A stretch of DNA of 64,000 nucleotides, taken from the NCBI GenBank assembly GCA_964234715.1, contig OZ174285.1, one strand, 5' to 3'. Positions 1-13,768 of this stretch are shown piece after piece. The stretch's first letter is position 1; every line of letters starts with the position of its first letter. The notes beneath the pieces were generated by a model that saw nothing but the letters and a program-made list of their open reading frames with translations, did no database searches and was not told where the DNA came from. The stretch is from Podarcis melisellensis. Taxonomy: Eukaryota. Made by a program: the position numbers and the translations under genes.

Positions 1-534
1 GAAATGTAATCAAGTCATTTTTTATTATGATTACTACCCTACAGTAAAGCTCTTCATAAAACTGTAAGCTCCTTCTCAGTAAAATACAATTAGGATACTG
101 GGAAACTGACACAGTTAAGTCAAAACAAAACTGAAGCCAAAACAGGCTTCCAAGTCTTGTCTTCCTTTCTCAGTGCTCTGCCAAGTAAACCACAAGTGAG
201 ACATTATTCAGATTTGTACATAATACAGTGAGTTGTTCACATATCAAAATATGTTGCCTCTGTTTTGAAGGAGCTAAGAATAAAATAATATTTTTCCTAA
301 TTAGCTGCTGTAAATTACTAGTATCAAATGCAACATAAATGTGTGATGGGCATGTTATTTTTTGAATAAAGTCTTAGAAAATTACAAAAAAAATTAACAG
401 GCCACACCACATTTACGTGTGCCAGGTACCTGGAAATGGGGAACACCTGGTCAACCAAGTCCTTCTGTTCCTCTGGTTCGCAAGAGCTGGAGGCAGAGAT
501 GGAACAGTTGACGAATGTGCTCTTGCATAGCTGA

Positions 535-665
535 GCACTGCATAGCAGTTTCCCCAGATTTTAGGCAGGCATCTTTCTCAGCCCTATTTGGTCATGCCAG
601 GGATTGAACCTGGAGTCTTCTGCATGCAAAGTAGATGTTCTACTACTGAGCCATGGCCCTTCCCC
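535..665 (-). mobile_element. tRNA(Ala)-like-headed SINE, partial
   Basis: Minus strand GGGGAAGGGCCATGGCTCAGTAGTAGAACATCTACTTTGCATGCAGAAGACTCCAGGTTCAATCCCTGGCA with A/B boxes; related copy at 23155-23320. Confidence 0.7.
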
Positions 666-3600
666 ACTTAACAGCACAAGCCTATACATGCCTACTCAGA
701 AGTAAGACCCAGTGAATTCAATGGTGCTTACTCACAGGGAAGTGGGTACAGACTGGCAGCCTATGCAGACCTTGCATAGTTTTTGGTTTTATTGTTTCCC
801 AATATATGCACTGTTCAATGCAATGCACTTCTGCTTTTCAGTGGTAATATAAAGCTCTGTGAGAATCTGAATTAATATCTAAATCTTAAGAACTGCACAA
901 TGTATGTAAGTACTTTGAAGTGCCTAGCAGAAGTCAATGGAAATAGCTAAAGGCTCAGCACAAGGAAAGGGGCACTGGTTCTATATAAGATCAGGCCATA
1001 TCCATATACTATTTATATCTTTCATGTGCAGCGGAGAAAGATAATCCTATTGATCAGAAGCTGGTACTGCCATTGATTGTTTTAAACAGTGTGGTTACTA
1101 GGACTTTGGGAATCAATTTCTTGACACAGTATCCAATTTCCAACATTCATTAATCATATGGATTTATCAAATTTAAATGGCAACTTGACCATATGTGGGT
1201 GAGTTCAGGCATATGTGCACACGGGTCACTGCCATCTATTGGACAAAATACAAAACTGTGTTGCGTATTGGATAACCATGAATTCTCTTATGGTTATTGA
1301 ACAAGTCAATCACCTGCTGTATACTGAAACTCCCACTGACTTTGGTGGATCTGCCATGCAGCAAATGTAATTCCACCTGGCCCGGTGCCATAATTAGTCT
1401 TATAGCCATACCTGCATGGCTGAAGAAGAAGCAGACACTTTTATGACTGCATGTGCAAATGTTAAAGACTTCAACTATTCCTAGCACCACTCAAACAACT
1501 AAATTGCAACCCAATTTACAGCTACAACAGTAGAATTAACGTAATAATAGGGGCATCATTGCTTGCTTTAAAAGCAATGGTAGGAAAATAAAGAGGTACA
1601 AAATGGAAAGCAAAAATTAAAAGAGGATCATTAAAATTTCAGCAGAGGTGTGCCCTCAGGTCTGTACTGTGTTATTTGAAGCAAATCTCATTGGTTTCAG
1701 CTGAACTGTTCCCAATTTTCAGGAAATAGAATAGAAAGACTGAAGAACAGGGGAGGGGGACTCTATATTGGTGAGCAATGTGTTTGAGAGGTGCATTATG
1801 TATGCCAATAAATGGCAGTATAAAAAAAGTTCAACCCCTAAACTTTGTGTTAAAAGAAGATCAAATTTAATGGCAGGAACCATCTATGCTCAAATATACT
1901 CAACAAACTGCAACATGAAATCTCTATCCCAAATGTAATTATCTCCACGGTCTGCAAATGATTCATATGAGAAGGAGTAAGACAAACTTTAGGATAGCTC
2001 CTTTGGTCACAACAGCTTCTCCATTCACTTTAATGGAGGAAGAATGTGCACATGGAATTGCTCTTAGACTGAACAAGGTGCATGAAAGCCACAGAAGTAT
2101 ATATACTACAGGACCATATATTCAGAAAAACACACAATATCTCTGGATCAGGTTTGGACAATACATTTAAGACTGGGAAGCAAGAAAGCAATAGTGTCAA
2201 CCCTTATCTGATAACAGAACTTAAGTTACTCAATTTCTATCTGATATGACAGTGTATATCTTTTTGTGACACTCATGTGGATGGCACTTACAGAAAGAGA
2301 GTCACGGGTACAAAAGCACACAGAGAGTTATGATGCTTCCAGAAGCTGAAGCTTCACAGCCTGATTCTAAACACCAGAGTCAGAGACTTCTGTGCATTAC
2401 CTCCCTAAAGAATGTAAACCTGGATCTGTTTCTCCATTAACATCTGATAGGCTTATTCCATGTGAACACAGAAGCTTCACCTGTATGAAATATTCAGGAC
2501 TGAGACAACCAAGTGGAACTTCTTTGATCAGAAGTTATGTACTCAGATCAGAATTAATCTTCTTTATTGTGCAGTAATTTTTAATTACCATTTACACATA
2601 GCTGGAGCATTTTATATGCATTTCCATCTTTTAAAAAAAACCACTTCAGAGGGCCCAATATCTTAGCAAACATTCTAAGTGGCTAATTAAATATTATCTG
2701 CTATTCTGAACCTGGTTTGCTGGAGATGAACACAAGATGTGGCCAAGATATAAAACAACCTTCCTGTTATGAAAACTTTTCAACATTATCAAAACCATGT
2801 TTAGAGAATTAGCTCTCATCCATCATTCTTTAAAATACAAATTTGATAATACCTGCATGAGTCATTCTTCTGAAGGTGACATAATTCAAATCGAATTAAC
2901 TGCTAAAATGATGAACTTTTTAAAAAATTGAGGCCTTATGTTATGTGCTGTCATGGCATTGGTTAAAGATTTCATCAGCATCAGGGAGAGAAGGGGGATG
3001 TTTAAAAGTAAAATTTGGGCAAAATAATGTGTTTCCTTTGAAACACACTATTTGCATCCACAAACTTTAGTGAAACTTTTTTGCAATATATTTAAGCTGC
3101 CTTAGATACAGTGTTTTCAAGAGCAATACATTAAGCAATGTGAAACTTGTAAAAAGATAGAGAATACTAAAGCTCAATGCTCTGCCAATTTCACCAGCAA
3201 GTCACAGATTTTGAAAATTAAGCACATGGGAAGTGTCAAGAGAACAAGCTAAGGTGGCTCAAGCAGTGCAGAAACATTCATCTCCATTACCTGTAAGGAT
3301 CTCTCTCTAGATCAAGACTGGGGAACCTGTGACCCTTCCAATATTGATTGACTACCACTCCCATCAGCCACAGCTAAGCAGGGCCAATGGTCCAGCACAA
3401 TGGGAGTCAGGAGTTCAGGAACATCTCAAGGGATTAGGGGACCTTCTCAGGACATGGGTCTGCCTCGGTGGCCCCCTAAAGCCACTGCCAGAACTTCTAT
3501 GGCCTGTCGGCCCTCACACTTTGCTTCTGGACAGAGTCTTCCCAATAGATCCCTCTAATGGGGTACCTTGTGATCGTACCTGTTTGAGTTAGGGGTGATG

Positions 3601-6428
3601 AACCATTTCATCCTGACCTGTTATTAGTTTGGGTGCAGCTGTCCTTTATAGCCAGGCCCTCTAGCCACTTGATTAGCCAGTTTGCAATCAAGCAGATAGT
3701 GAGCTATCCCACCCTCCCTGAGGAGATTCCCCAAATGCTGGTCACCTGATGGGAAGGTCTTTTGCTCTGTGGAGCCGAGGGACTGCCACAACGGGCCACA
3801 ACTGCCGCTCACCTGGAGACTGGGTAAGCACCCATTCCAGATTGTAGCACCATCCTGTACAAGAATTTTGCCTAAACCACAGCTGCAACAGTGGTCCATA
3901 TCATGACCATAAGGTGATTGGAGTCTGGCTCATATTTATTTATTTACTGCCTACCACATGTGTCTGAAAATAATATTTTATTTTCAGAAAAAAGCCTGAC
4001 TTTATGTTTGATATTTTAAAACTGTTTCCCCCCAAAAATATTATTATGCACACATCTGCTTTTTCATATTTGAAGGGAAATTGTGGTTTTGTGGTTAATG
4101 CCTATGCAGTTAGATGATTTATTTTACTGGTTCTGAAATAGGGAACTTAACTCAAGAACATATTCACTTTGTGACATAACATCCTTATTATGTCTTCTCG
4201 GGGAAAATTGACTGAGATCAAGTTACCATACAGTATATCTATTGGTTAATTAGAACTTTAGGAAGAAACAAATAAAACACTTTATTGACTTTTATATCTT
4301 TAATCAAATAAATATTTACTACTGCAATTTACAAAAATTATTTACCTCTCAATAACAGGCTGCAAAGAGAATATTCAGTACAGATGGTATCGAATGTCTA
4401 AGACTGTAAGCAAGCAAATTAAGGGTGAAAGAAAAAAAGCTATCTAGCTATCTTGACTAGTCTATAAATAGCATGTGAGCCTTCTTTAAAGATGTGTGAT
4501 CTCTTACATTAAGAGACTTATTTCAGTGCATGATTGACCTTGAGATGGAGAGAAGTGCAATAGTAGAGAGGCATCCTATTTTAGTGAACAATGAATATAG
4601 ATATTCAAGTACATGCCTCTTGTCAATGATCATTGTTGGAATCTGCCTATGCCACACTGGGACAATCAATTTTGTAAATGGTTGCAATAATCAAGGAAAT
4701 TGCCTAATTTATAAATCCTTGCATACAGCATTTTAATGGATTCTTACATTTTAATGCTGATGCCATCAAAGCCAAATGAATTGTTGTCCAAGCTGTCATT
4801 GCACAAAATGATAAAAACATTCAGTCTTGTTAGTTACTACATCTCATGGATATTCAAACCCTCAGAATGTAATCACTCATTAGTGACTTTCATGATAGTC
4901 TTCCATTACAGAATAGCAGGATGAAGAGTCACAGTTTCCTTCCAAATGAAGCTTAGACCAAATCAGTGAATCAAATTACAGGCTTTGAGTGTATCACTTA
5001 ATAGATGAAAATTATTAAGCTTTACTGATGCAAGATAAAAACCATCATATATTTTCTCTGGCAGTGCTGTATCTGTTTTCCTTCACCCTTCTTCAGCCAT
5101 GTACTAAATTAGGAGGAGGAGAAAAAGTGGAAGGAGTACAGGGAGGAAATATAACAGCCAAGCTATGAACAGCCAAGCACCATCAGAAACAGGTGATGGT
5201 GCTATTATAAAAGCTCAGTGCAGTAAACAGGGTTTCTAGATAAAAATACAAAAATATAAGAGGCACCGTGGAGCTACACTATGGCATTTGTCCTACGGAT
5301 CTGATATATTCTGGCACCCACATTTTATGTTCTGCAAAGCGGCAATACCATGGAATGAGAAGATTTCCCTTGAAATAAGAGAAATACTTTAATGTAGGTT
5401 ACAGCTGGTGGTACCCTTTGTGTTGCCAATATGTAAATCTAATATGGAACTCTCACTACATATTTAGACATGGTTATACGTAGATTGCTATTCTCAGTTA
5501 AATCTTAAGCAATTGATTTCAGCCAATGGTGGGCTGTCAGTACTTTACTTACTGCTCAATCTCACTAACCTGACATTTATGGTGTACTGATTGGCCTCTG
5601 TCAGTGGTGGTGGTTGTAAATTCACTTTGAAAAGCTTTGTGTTAACAGCCTTCAACCAGGCTCTGAGAAAGGTATGAGCAGGCAGGCTGACAATTGCTCG
5701 ACCTTCTGCCCCTATTACAGTGAGTAAATCAGGCTTTGAGCTATTAAGCTGGAGCCTGAGGCCTACACAAAAAGGATTGACATGACTAAAGGTCAACCTC
5801 TGTCACACATGTGTAACAATTTGGATAATGGAATTCTGTGACTTATCGGGGGGATGGGAAGTGGCATTGGCTTAGAAGCAAAGCAAATATTGGGCTATAT
5901 TTCTGTGTGTGCACACGTGTGTGTGAGAGAGAGAGTTGTTCTTCAAGAGCATATGCATTCAAATTCACCACGCAAGGAATATCTGCAGGCCATAAAATCC
6001 CACGATGTAAAAGTAGATAACAAATGAGCAAGGAAACTCTCTGAAATGTTTCCAGCATGGCAGGTTTTATATGGCATTTCAGCACAATAATCAGGTTTTT
6101 ATCAGCATATCACATCAATATCATACTGACATCAGATGTGCACTCTATTTTAGGCATTAATACATCTTATTAAAGTGCCGCCTTTAGTCTTTCAGATGAA
6201 ATCAAAAAAATTCAATGAGGTATTTGGGGGTGGGGGATAAGTCTAAGCTTTTGAAGCCAGGTTTTATTCAGTATAAAGACTCATATTTATGAGCAATAAT
6301 ATTTTGCAGAACAACATTGTTTCAAGACTTTAAAAGAGATATGCCAAAAAGATTAATTCTATATAAATGAGAGGAGTCATGGGCTGCTGAAATACTGATT
6401 ATAATTTTGGGACGACAGTTCACCTATA

Positions 6429-6654
6429 CAGTGGTACCTTGGGTTACAGATGCTTCAGGTTACAGACTCCGCTAACCCAGAAACAGTACCTCGAGTTAAG
6501 AACTTTGCTTCAGGGTAAGAAGAGAAATCGCACGGTGGTGGCACAGTGGCAGCGGGAGGCTCCATTAGCTAAAGTGGTACCTCAGGTTAAGAACAGTTTC
6601 AGGTTAAGAACGGACCTCCGGAACGAATTAAATACTTAACCTGAGGTACCACTG
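6429..6654. mobile_element. Tc1/mariner (Tigger-like) MITE, 226 bp
   Basis: TIR CAGTGGTACCT...AGGTACCACTG with TA TSD on both sides; colinear copy at 61949-62174. Confidence 0.9.
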
Positions 6655-8811
6655 TATGACATACAGAATTGTATATTAGCATTGCAGTACCCATATAAGT
6701 AAAACATGCTTGTTCGAAAAATGGGATTTCAATGAAGAAATAAATTATTTATTTTTGGAAATAGATTTTAGGGGGACTCAATCTTGCTTCTGTTTACATG
6801 ACTGATGCAAGATCACCCACTGGTTAGAATGAAAACTGAAAGAGATCCACAGTTGTATTATATATTTCAACTGTTAAAAGAGTGCAATTAGATGTTTGAT
6901 AGTGATGAAACTGAAGTAAAAATAAAGTGAATATAAATTAGTACTGTCTCTTTCAGATACAGAGGCAGTGCATTATCTCTGTAAATAACTTTACTTATTT
7001 CAAATAAAATACCTTATATTTTAAATCACATTAATATCGGATTAAAACACAAATATAAATTTATGTATCAATGTTTTATTTTTCATTTAAATTCAACATT
7101 AAGCTTATTTAAATAGAATTCTCTTATACACACATTTTATCCAAACAAAGGTGGTCCATATGTTGCAGCAAACTGGACTGGACCCTGCACATGGAGTACT
7201 GAGCATATGGCTGATATAGTAAACTTTCTCAAAGCTGATCTCTGGTAACAGGAGTGGGGCCACTCCATTCCTCTAAAATGAGTGACCATTGTTGGTACAG
7301 TTGACAGTGTCAAGCATTTCTTAAGTAACTGGGTGTGTGCAGATGTATGCACAAAGTAATGCGCTGTTCATGGATACATGTATATTTCTGGACTAGAACC
7401 AGAAATATGGTTGACTCAAACTGCATGCTAACAACAAACAAACATAAACAAGTGAAGCAGGCAATCTATTACATGCTTACTTGGGAACTGCAAGTCCCAT
7501 TCAACACATTGGGCCTGCAGTCTAGCTTTCCCTAAACAAATTGAACCATTTACATAGATGGAGCAGGACCTTCCCTCTCCCCTCTGCAGTCCCTTGTGCA
7601 CCGAAAAAACTGCTCCTTGGTGATACAGATCAATGAAAAATGATGTGGAATGTGGGACAGGACTGACAATGGAGGGTTGTTGGTAAAAATCACATCCTCC
7701 TTTACATGAACCAAGCAGCAACTTAGGATCCAAGCCAGTAAGAGTTACTTCTGAGTAAACATGCATAAAATTGCACTATTAGTAAGATAGGGTTTATTTA
7801 GTAGTAGATAAGCAAGAGAACTACAATACTCATGGTAGCTAGTCAACAGAATTCCAACAATCCCTAAAATGGTTGTGGAGCAAACCGCGTTACAGAAATT
7901 TACTTCTACACTTACTTTCCTGTAGAGATGTTGAACCGGAAATGGTACTTTAGCTGAAATCCTATATGCATTTTCTTGGGAATAAACCCCACTGAATTCT
8001 GTGAGACTTACTTCTGAGTAGACAGTGTTAAGACTATAGATTAGACCAAATTTGCACCCCAACTCTAACTAATTTCCCAATAAGTTAGAGAACAGAAATG
8101 TTTCTAGCAGAATCAGTTTTACAATCTACATAAAAGTCCAAAATACTCAGACATTTTTTTAAAAAATGTAATAAAAGAGGAGTCTCGTGTAAGACAATAT
8201 TTTCCCATTATATTAGGCATAAAGTATAACTCTTTTACTCTCCATATTGAGAACTGTAATGATAACATTACTAAGGTTTATTTTCAGGGCAAAATTATTT
8301 GAATTTCATGAACATGACATATTTGAAACAGAGCTGACAAGCAGTCTAGAATTCTAGATGATGGATTGCTGAGAAACATAATTTTCATCTTAATAAAGCT
8401 ATGGTTTGCACATAATTTTATCCCCTTGTGCTTTCCTGCATCAAAAACCTAGACTTAAATGTAGCTTAGGGAATCTTGAGGCAAATCTATCAGTACAACT
8501 GGAACTTGCTCCTTACTAGGGAAAAAAGGTAAAGATTGTAGCTCTTTTTTGTATCCATGAGAAACGTACCCTCAAATTTCCCATAAGCAGATTCAAAATG
8601 TCTTGTGTAAATGGACCCTTGGCCATTTTAATTACAGTACAGTCAAATGTGTAGGCTCCCTAGGATTTAAATGTCTTTTTATGACGCCTGCCCTCAGCTG
8701 ATCTTATTTCTATTGTATTCAACTGCTTTCACTCATTAAATGAGCGATGCACCCTGATCAAAATAAGGCACCTTCTCTTAATATTCACATGTATAGAATG
8801 TGGATGAAAAA

Positions 8812-8950
8812 GCTGCTCAGCCATGAAGCTCACTGGGTGACCCCGGGCCCATTATAAGTCTTTCAGCCTGACCTACCACACAGGGTTGTTGTGAGGATAA
8901 AATGGGGAGAAAGAGAAAGGTAGGATATTAATGTAATACATAAAAAATAA
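8812..8950 (+). mobile_element. CORE-type SINE (MIR-like) fragment
   Basis: CTGGGTGACC..GGGC....CAGCCTGACCTACCACACAGGGTTGTTGTGAGGATAAAATG CORE-like sequence and A-rich tail. Confidence 0.7.
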
Positions 8951-11139
8951 AATATGTATATATTTTAAGTGTAGTGGAGATAATGGGAACACAACTTTGT
9001 GTTCATGCTACTACTGATATGCTTAAAATGTTCTCTGTGTCTCTTTCCCCCCATAGGTTGGATAGGACTATAAGGGTCCGCCTTTAATAGCATTTAAATG
9101 CCTTTGAAATTGAAGATTTGTTAGTTGTGAAAACTAGCTTCATGGATTTCAGCAGGGATTAAGCACAACTAATTGTTTTAGGAATAACGAGAGCTCCCTC
9201 TGAATCTTAGATTCCAAGTGCCAGGTTAAGATCTTAAACACAATTCCATTGATTTAATTTCCATTCGGTTGGACCCAGAGACAGACAAGCGGAACTCTAC
9301 TCACACAGCAGAGCTTTCCTGGCTGCCCCACCCACCTCCTGAGTTAAGGGACCCTTTGGAATTACATTTAATGGGACACATGGGAATGAAGTGCAACTAG
9401 GAAACTGGGATAATTCAGTGAAGCTGCCCTTCACAAGCGGAGGTGTACTTTCACGTAAGTCAAGTTATCTGTGGATCCAAGCTATAAGATCTGAGACAGC
9501 CATGTAAAGGCATATTTACTTTTTTTAGGTGACAAAACATACTATATAATCTTTTTAAAGAACATATCCGAAAATAAATTCTTACAACATTCCAAATTAT
9601 TGCTGCTGTTGTTATGATTACTAAAACTACTACTACTATAACAGGTTTCCTGGGAGCTGTACGAAAACTAAATATAACGTAGATCTTGACTGCAAACTTG
9701 CAATCTAATAAAGTGCCACACATTACAAGAGATCCTTAAATATCTCATAGAGAGGGAAAGCGTTAACTCATTTCTGGTGCACAAAGACTTAGGTGAACAA
9801 TTTATGACCATAAAAATTAAGAGTCAATAGAATCTTATGCTTCCATAGATCTGTCAATGGAACTTCAGCAAACGTTTTCATCTTTGTGCTCCAAATAGTT
9901 ACAATTCCCTACCTCAATGTTGGGGGGGGGGGGCAGCAAATTGCCATCCACAGCTTTCCAGACCTTTATTTTACTAAAACCTTAAAGTCTGAAAAACTTC
10001 AATAACAAGAACATTCAAGCCTTTAAAATGTCTGCATTATATTCCAATGGAATTTAAAGTGTGGCCTCTATGCATTCCTTAAGTCTAGTCTTATTACAAT
10101 TTGATGTTAAACAGAAAGTGGAAACCTTACGCAACTAGATTAATTTTTCTCCTGGGAATAAAGACACATTAATAACTGAGATAATCTTTTCATATATATT
10201 GGAAGCGAGTGCAGTTTCACTTCTTTATTAGAAAACACATTAAGAGAAAATTATCTCATTCTCATCAATAAGCCCCAATTTATTTTTTTAAAGGGTTGCT
10301 TTCTTTGCAACAAGGTTAGGAAAGAATTGTTTTCATTAACTCGAACTGAACAAACTCTAGAAATATTATTGAATTCGGATGGAATCAATTTATGTCTTAG
10401 AAAGAACAGTGTTTACTTGCTAAACCCAGCAATATTTTTTTGCTTTAAATAAATCAGTGTTTATTGTATTTTCATAACACACAAGCAAATTCTGCATTGG
10501 TTAAAAAAATGGCCAAAAGGAAAAATTAAAGGACTCACAAGTAAAATGATTCATATTTTTGGCTTTCAAAAGAGATGATCTTTTCTGTAAGCTATAAAAA
10601 GGACTTGGCTGATTGATAAAGAACTGTATAATTTCCCAATGAACACCCATAGGTGTCAGGCCATGTCGTGAGGTAATGGAATGGTGTTTAATTTACTTCA
10701 AACTGCTGTACATTGAACTGTATGGATTACATACAAAGCAAACACTGAATGTGTGGCAGGAGCTCTAACACAGGCATGCCAAAAAATATGTCCAAAGTGT
10801 CCAACTATACATCAAATGCAATAATCCAGATGTTTGCCAAAGCAAAGCAAATAAAAGAGACCACATCTGGACTGGTGTTTAATTGTCTTTGCAATGGTCT
10901 TTCAATGTTTTTTATTCATGCTGGAAACTACTATGGGACCATTCAGAATCAGCATTTTCAGAGTGCATTTAACAGCACTATGATTAGGAAGCTAGATGCT
11001 CCTTTAGTGCGCCGATTATGTTGAACATCCTCATTCTGAGAATCTTAACAGATTTTGCTACAGAGCGGTTTGTATAGCATAAATACAACTGGGCTGTCAT
11101 TTTCTCCCCTCTGGTCTCTTCTACATGTACTGTATTGCA

Positions 11140-12020
11140 ACAATGACCCTCATTTTTAAAATATAGCCTTTGATCTATTCTGTCTCTTCATATACTCTAG
11201 AATTTCACTCCTACCATTTGCCTCCAAACCACTGCCACAAACTCCGACTGCTTCCCCTATATTTTCTCAAAATCCTCTTTAGACCCACTACAAGCAGGCT
11301 TCCATCATCTGCACTGCACTGAACTATATTCATCCTGCTTGACTACATTCCGCTGTTTCTATCCTGGTTAGCTCCCTTTATACCTTGGTGTCCACGATTC
11401 TGTTCTCATCGACTGCTTTTGCAACATCACTCATTCAGTATTTCAGCCCTGGGCACCTTTTTCCTCTTCTCTGTTGTGGGGCTTCAGGGACCTATTCTTG
11501 GCTCTTTGCTATTCTCTCTACACACAAACATCTTGTGCTTTATGCTGATGGTATCTAGTTCCATTTCTCTGACTGAGAACATTCTCTTTCCATCCAATAC
11601 ATCAACTGCCTGCCTAATATTTCTTACATTGGCATCTTAAACTTAGTACATTTAAGAACAAACTCTTCATTTTTCTTGCTCTCTACATTCATTGGCCATC
11701 TTCAAAATCCATCTTGTAAATCAGGCACAAAGCTTTGGATTTATCTTTGGTTGTCTCCTCTTCTTTGCTACATACAGTCCATTTTGAAGTCATGTGATTC
11801 TTTCTGTACCACATTGTGAAAATACAGCTGTTCCTCTTATACCCCCTTCCCCTTGGTAAACTGCCTGGCCTTTAGTACTGCAATTGTCTCTCTAATTTTG
11901 TTGTCACACCTCAGCCTTCTCTGTTTTACAAATTCAACTCTCTTAATTCAGATCCCGAGGCTCTCCTCATTTAATCGCTACAATGGCTTCCTATTTGCTT
12001 CCCTATTTGCTTCTGTACTT
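11140..12020 (+). mobile_element. Old L2-clade LINE ORF2 (RT) remnant
   Basis: Degenerate motifs in order: DPLQAGF (11282), GLQGPILGSLLFSLHT (~11479; cf. GVPQGSVLGPLLF), YADG (11541; cf. YADD), LQWLPI (~11978). Confidence 0.7.
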
Positions 12021-12028
12021 AGCACTTC

Positions 12029-12384
12029 ATAGGATGTGACATGTGTGAAGACAACCATAATCAGGAGTGTTCCCTGTGCATAGGTCTTTTCCCCTACACC
12101 AGTGGTTCCCAACCTTTTTTTGGCCATGCTCCACCTAAGCATCTCTAAAATCTTGATCCACCCCTCCCCCCCGTGACATATAATTCTTATTATTCAAAAA
12201 GTGAATTCCTATTCACGTGTAGGAAGCCTAAAAGGCTTAGCTGTTAATAACTTGGTCCCAAATTGCCCCCTTAAAAATCAATTGCCCCCCTGTGGGGGGG
12301 GGATACCCCACGTGGGGAACCATGGCCCAACACTTTCTGTCACTTAGTGAGCACCTGAGATAACTGAGTAGTTTTCAGATCAGC
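12029..12384 (+). pseudogene. Degenerate inverted partial copy of PRDM6 exon 3 (acceptor + 5' half), interrupted by a MITE
   Basis: 12029-12047 ATAGGATGTGACATGTGTG is identical to minus-strand 13772-13754; 34/41 identity to 12069. Homology resumes after the MITE (12355-12384 CTGAGATAACTGAGTAGTTTTCAGATCAGC vs exon CTGAGATTCCTGAGTGGCTTCGGGATCTGC, 22/30). Confidence 0.85.
12100..12325. mobile_element. hAT-type MITE
   Basis: TIR CAGTGGTTCCC ... GGGAACCATGG. 8-bp TSD CCCTACAC (12092-12099) / CCCAACAC (12326-12333). Confidence 0.8.
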
Positions 12385-13460
12385 AACAGCAGAAGTGGGG
12401 AACTCGGTTTAGATGGATCACCAGATCCTTCCCCACTCCTTGTGGGACAACTTAACAGGTGGGCAGATCACTGACCTGTCAATCAACAGATGGGATAATA
12501 ACATCAAGTGTTTGACACCAGTGAAAGTTCATAGGCAGTGGCTGTAACAGCCGATCAGCTGATCAATGGTTACAGCAACTTTCTTTGAAGACATGCTTTC
12601 TGCACCAGTCAACTGATTAGGGTGCTAGGTGTGTGCTTTCCAAGAGGCTCTTTAAACCACGGTTCTCCATTTCAAAAGTAATGGGGGATCTGTAGTTTTA
12701 TGTTGGTTTACTAATCAGGATAAAAACATGGTTTAAGATCCTGTGCTGCTTAATAAACCAACATTAATACACAGTTATCTGTTTGGAATGAAGCAGGAAA
12801 CTGTGGTTTTAAAAGCCCAGGAATCCAGCACCATAATCAGCATATTAGAGAGATGGGGAAGAAAGAGTTGGCCTGATTCGCAGTTTAAAGTTTACAATGC
12901 TAGAAATGTTACATTTTAAAAAGGCCCTGTAAAACCCTTTGTTATTTAAAACAGGCTTATAAACTAAGCTTCTTTCATCGAACAACAGAGGATTAGTACC
13001 TGCTTTGGCAGTTAATACATAAGCTAATAGAAAAATTGCTCTCTTTTTTCACTTTTTGAATTAGCTGCAGATGGTTCACACTATGTCAGAAGAGAAAGTA
13101 AAAAGCAGCCCAATAACAAAATAATTTGCAAAACTACAAAAATTATGACTTTTAGGATTTAAGGGATTGTTATCCCTATAATCATGTTTGGAGTCCTACA
13201 AATTTCAGCTAAACTTACTTCCAGTTGTTTTGCAGAACTAAAAACAATATTATTGTACATCTTTCTTAACATCTGTAAGAATCTGTTTTATTAAAAATAT
13301 ATATACTGGAATTTGCAGCTTCTTGCTACTAATGACATATCCAAACAGAAAAGATGTGAGCTTTTGATAGTGAAAAAAAGGTCTTTTGAAAATCTCATGA
13401 AACATATATTGAATGCATTATCAGACATTAAAAACCAAAATGCTTTGAACTGTGACTTAC

Positions 13461-13768
13461 TTCCCAGAGGTGTTGGGTGTTCCTGGTGGCTCCTGCTTGC
13501 ACCTTTTCTGGCAGAAGGAGAACTCCCTGGAAAGGCCCGATCCAGGTGCCCTGCTGAATCCTTTGAGCAGCACAGATGCCATAGGCCAAACCAGGCACAG
13601 TGCTGGTGCACAGACACACTTCCCGGGGCAGATCCCGAAGCCACTCAGGAATCTCAGGTGGAGGGGCGGCGGCAGCAGCACTACTAGTGCCCACCAGGCG
13701 GCGTAAAGAGTGCAAAGGGCCATGCATGGGGCACTCTCCATTACGATTATCTGCACACATGTCACATC
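13461..13768 (-). CDS. PRDM6: PRDM6 coding exon 3 (zinc knuckle CDMC..CPMH and start of PR/SET domain); 308 nt
   Basis: Acceptor tttgctctatAG|GA TGT GAC ATG joins the phase-1 donor to give [29 protein letters not shown]...[10 protein letters not shown]...HLWE. Donor GAA|GTAAGT at 13460-13459. 559+308=867 nt = 289 whole codons. Confidence 0.97.

Noticed and set aside
13691-13704. CTCF-like CCACCAGGCGGCGT inside exon 3
   Set aside because: Mismatch in the core and explained by codon content; unsupported without ChIP data.
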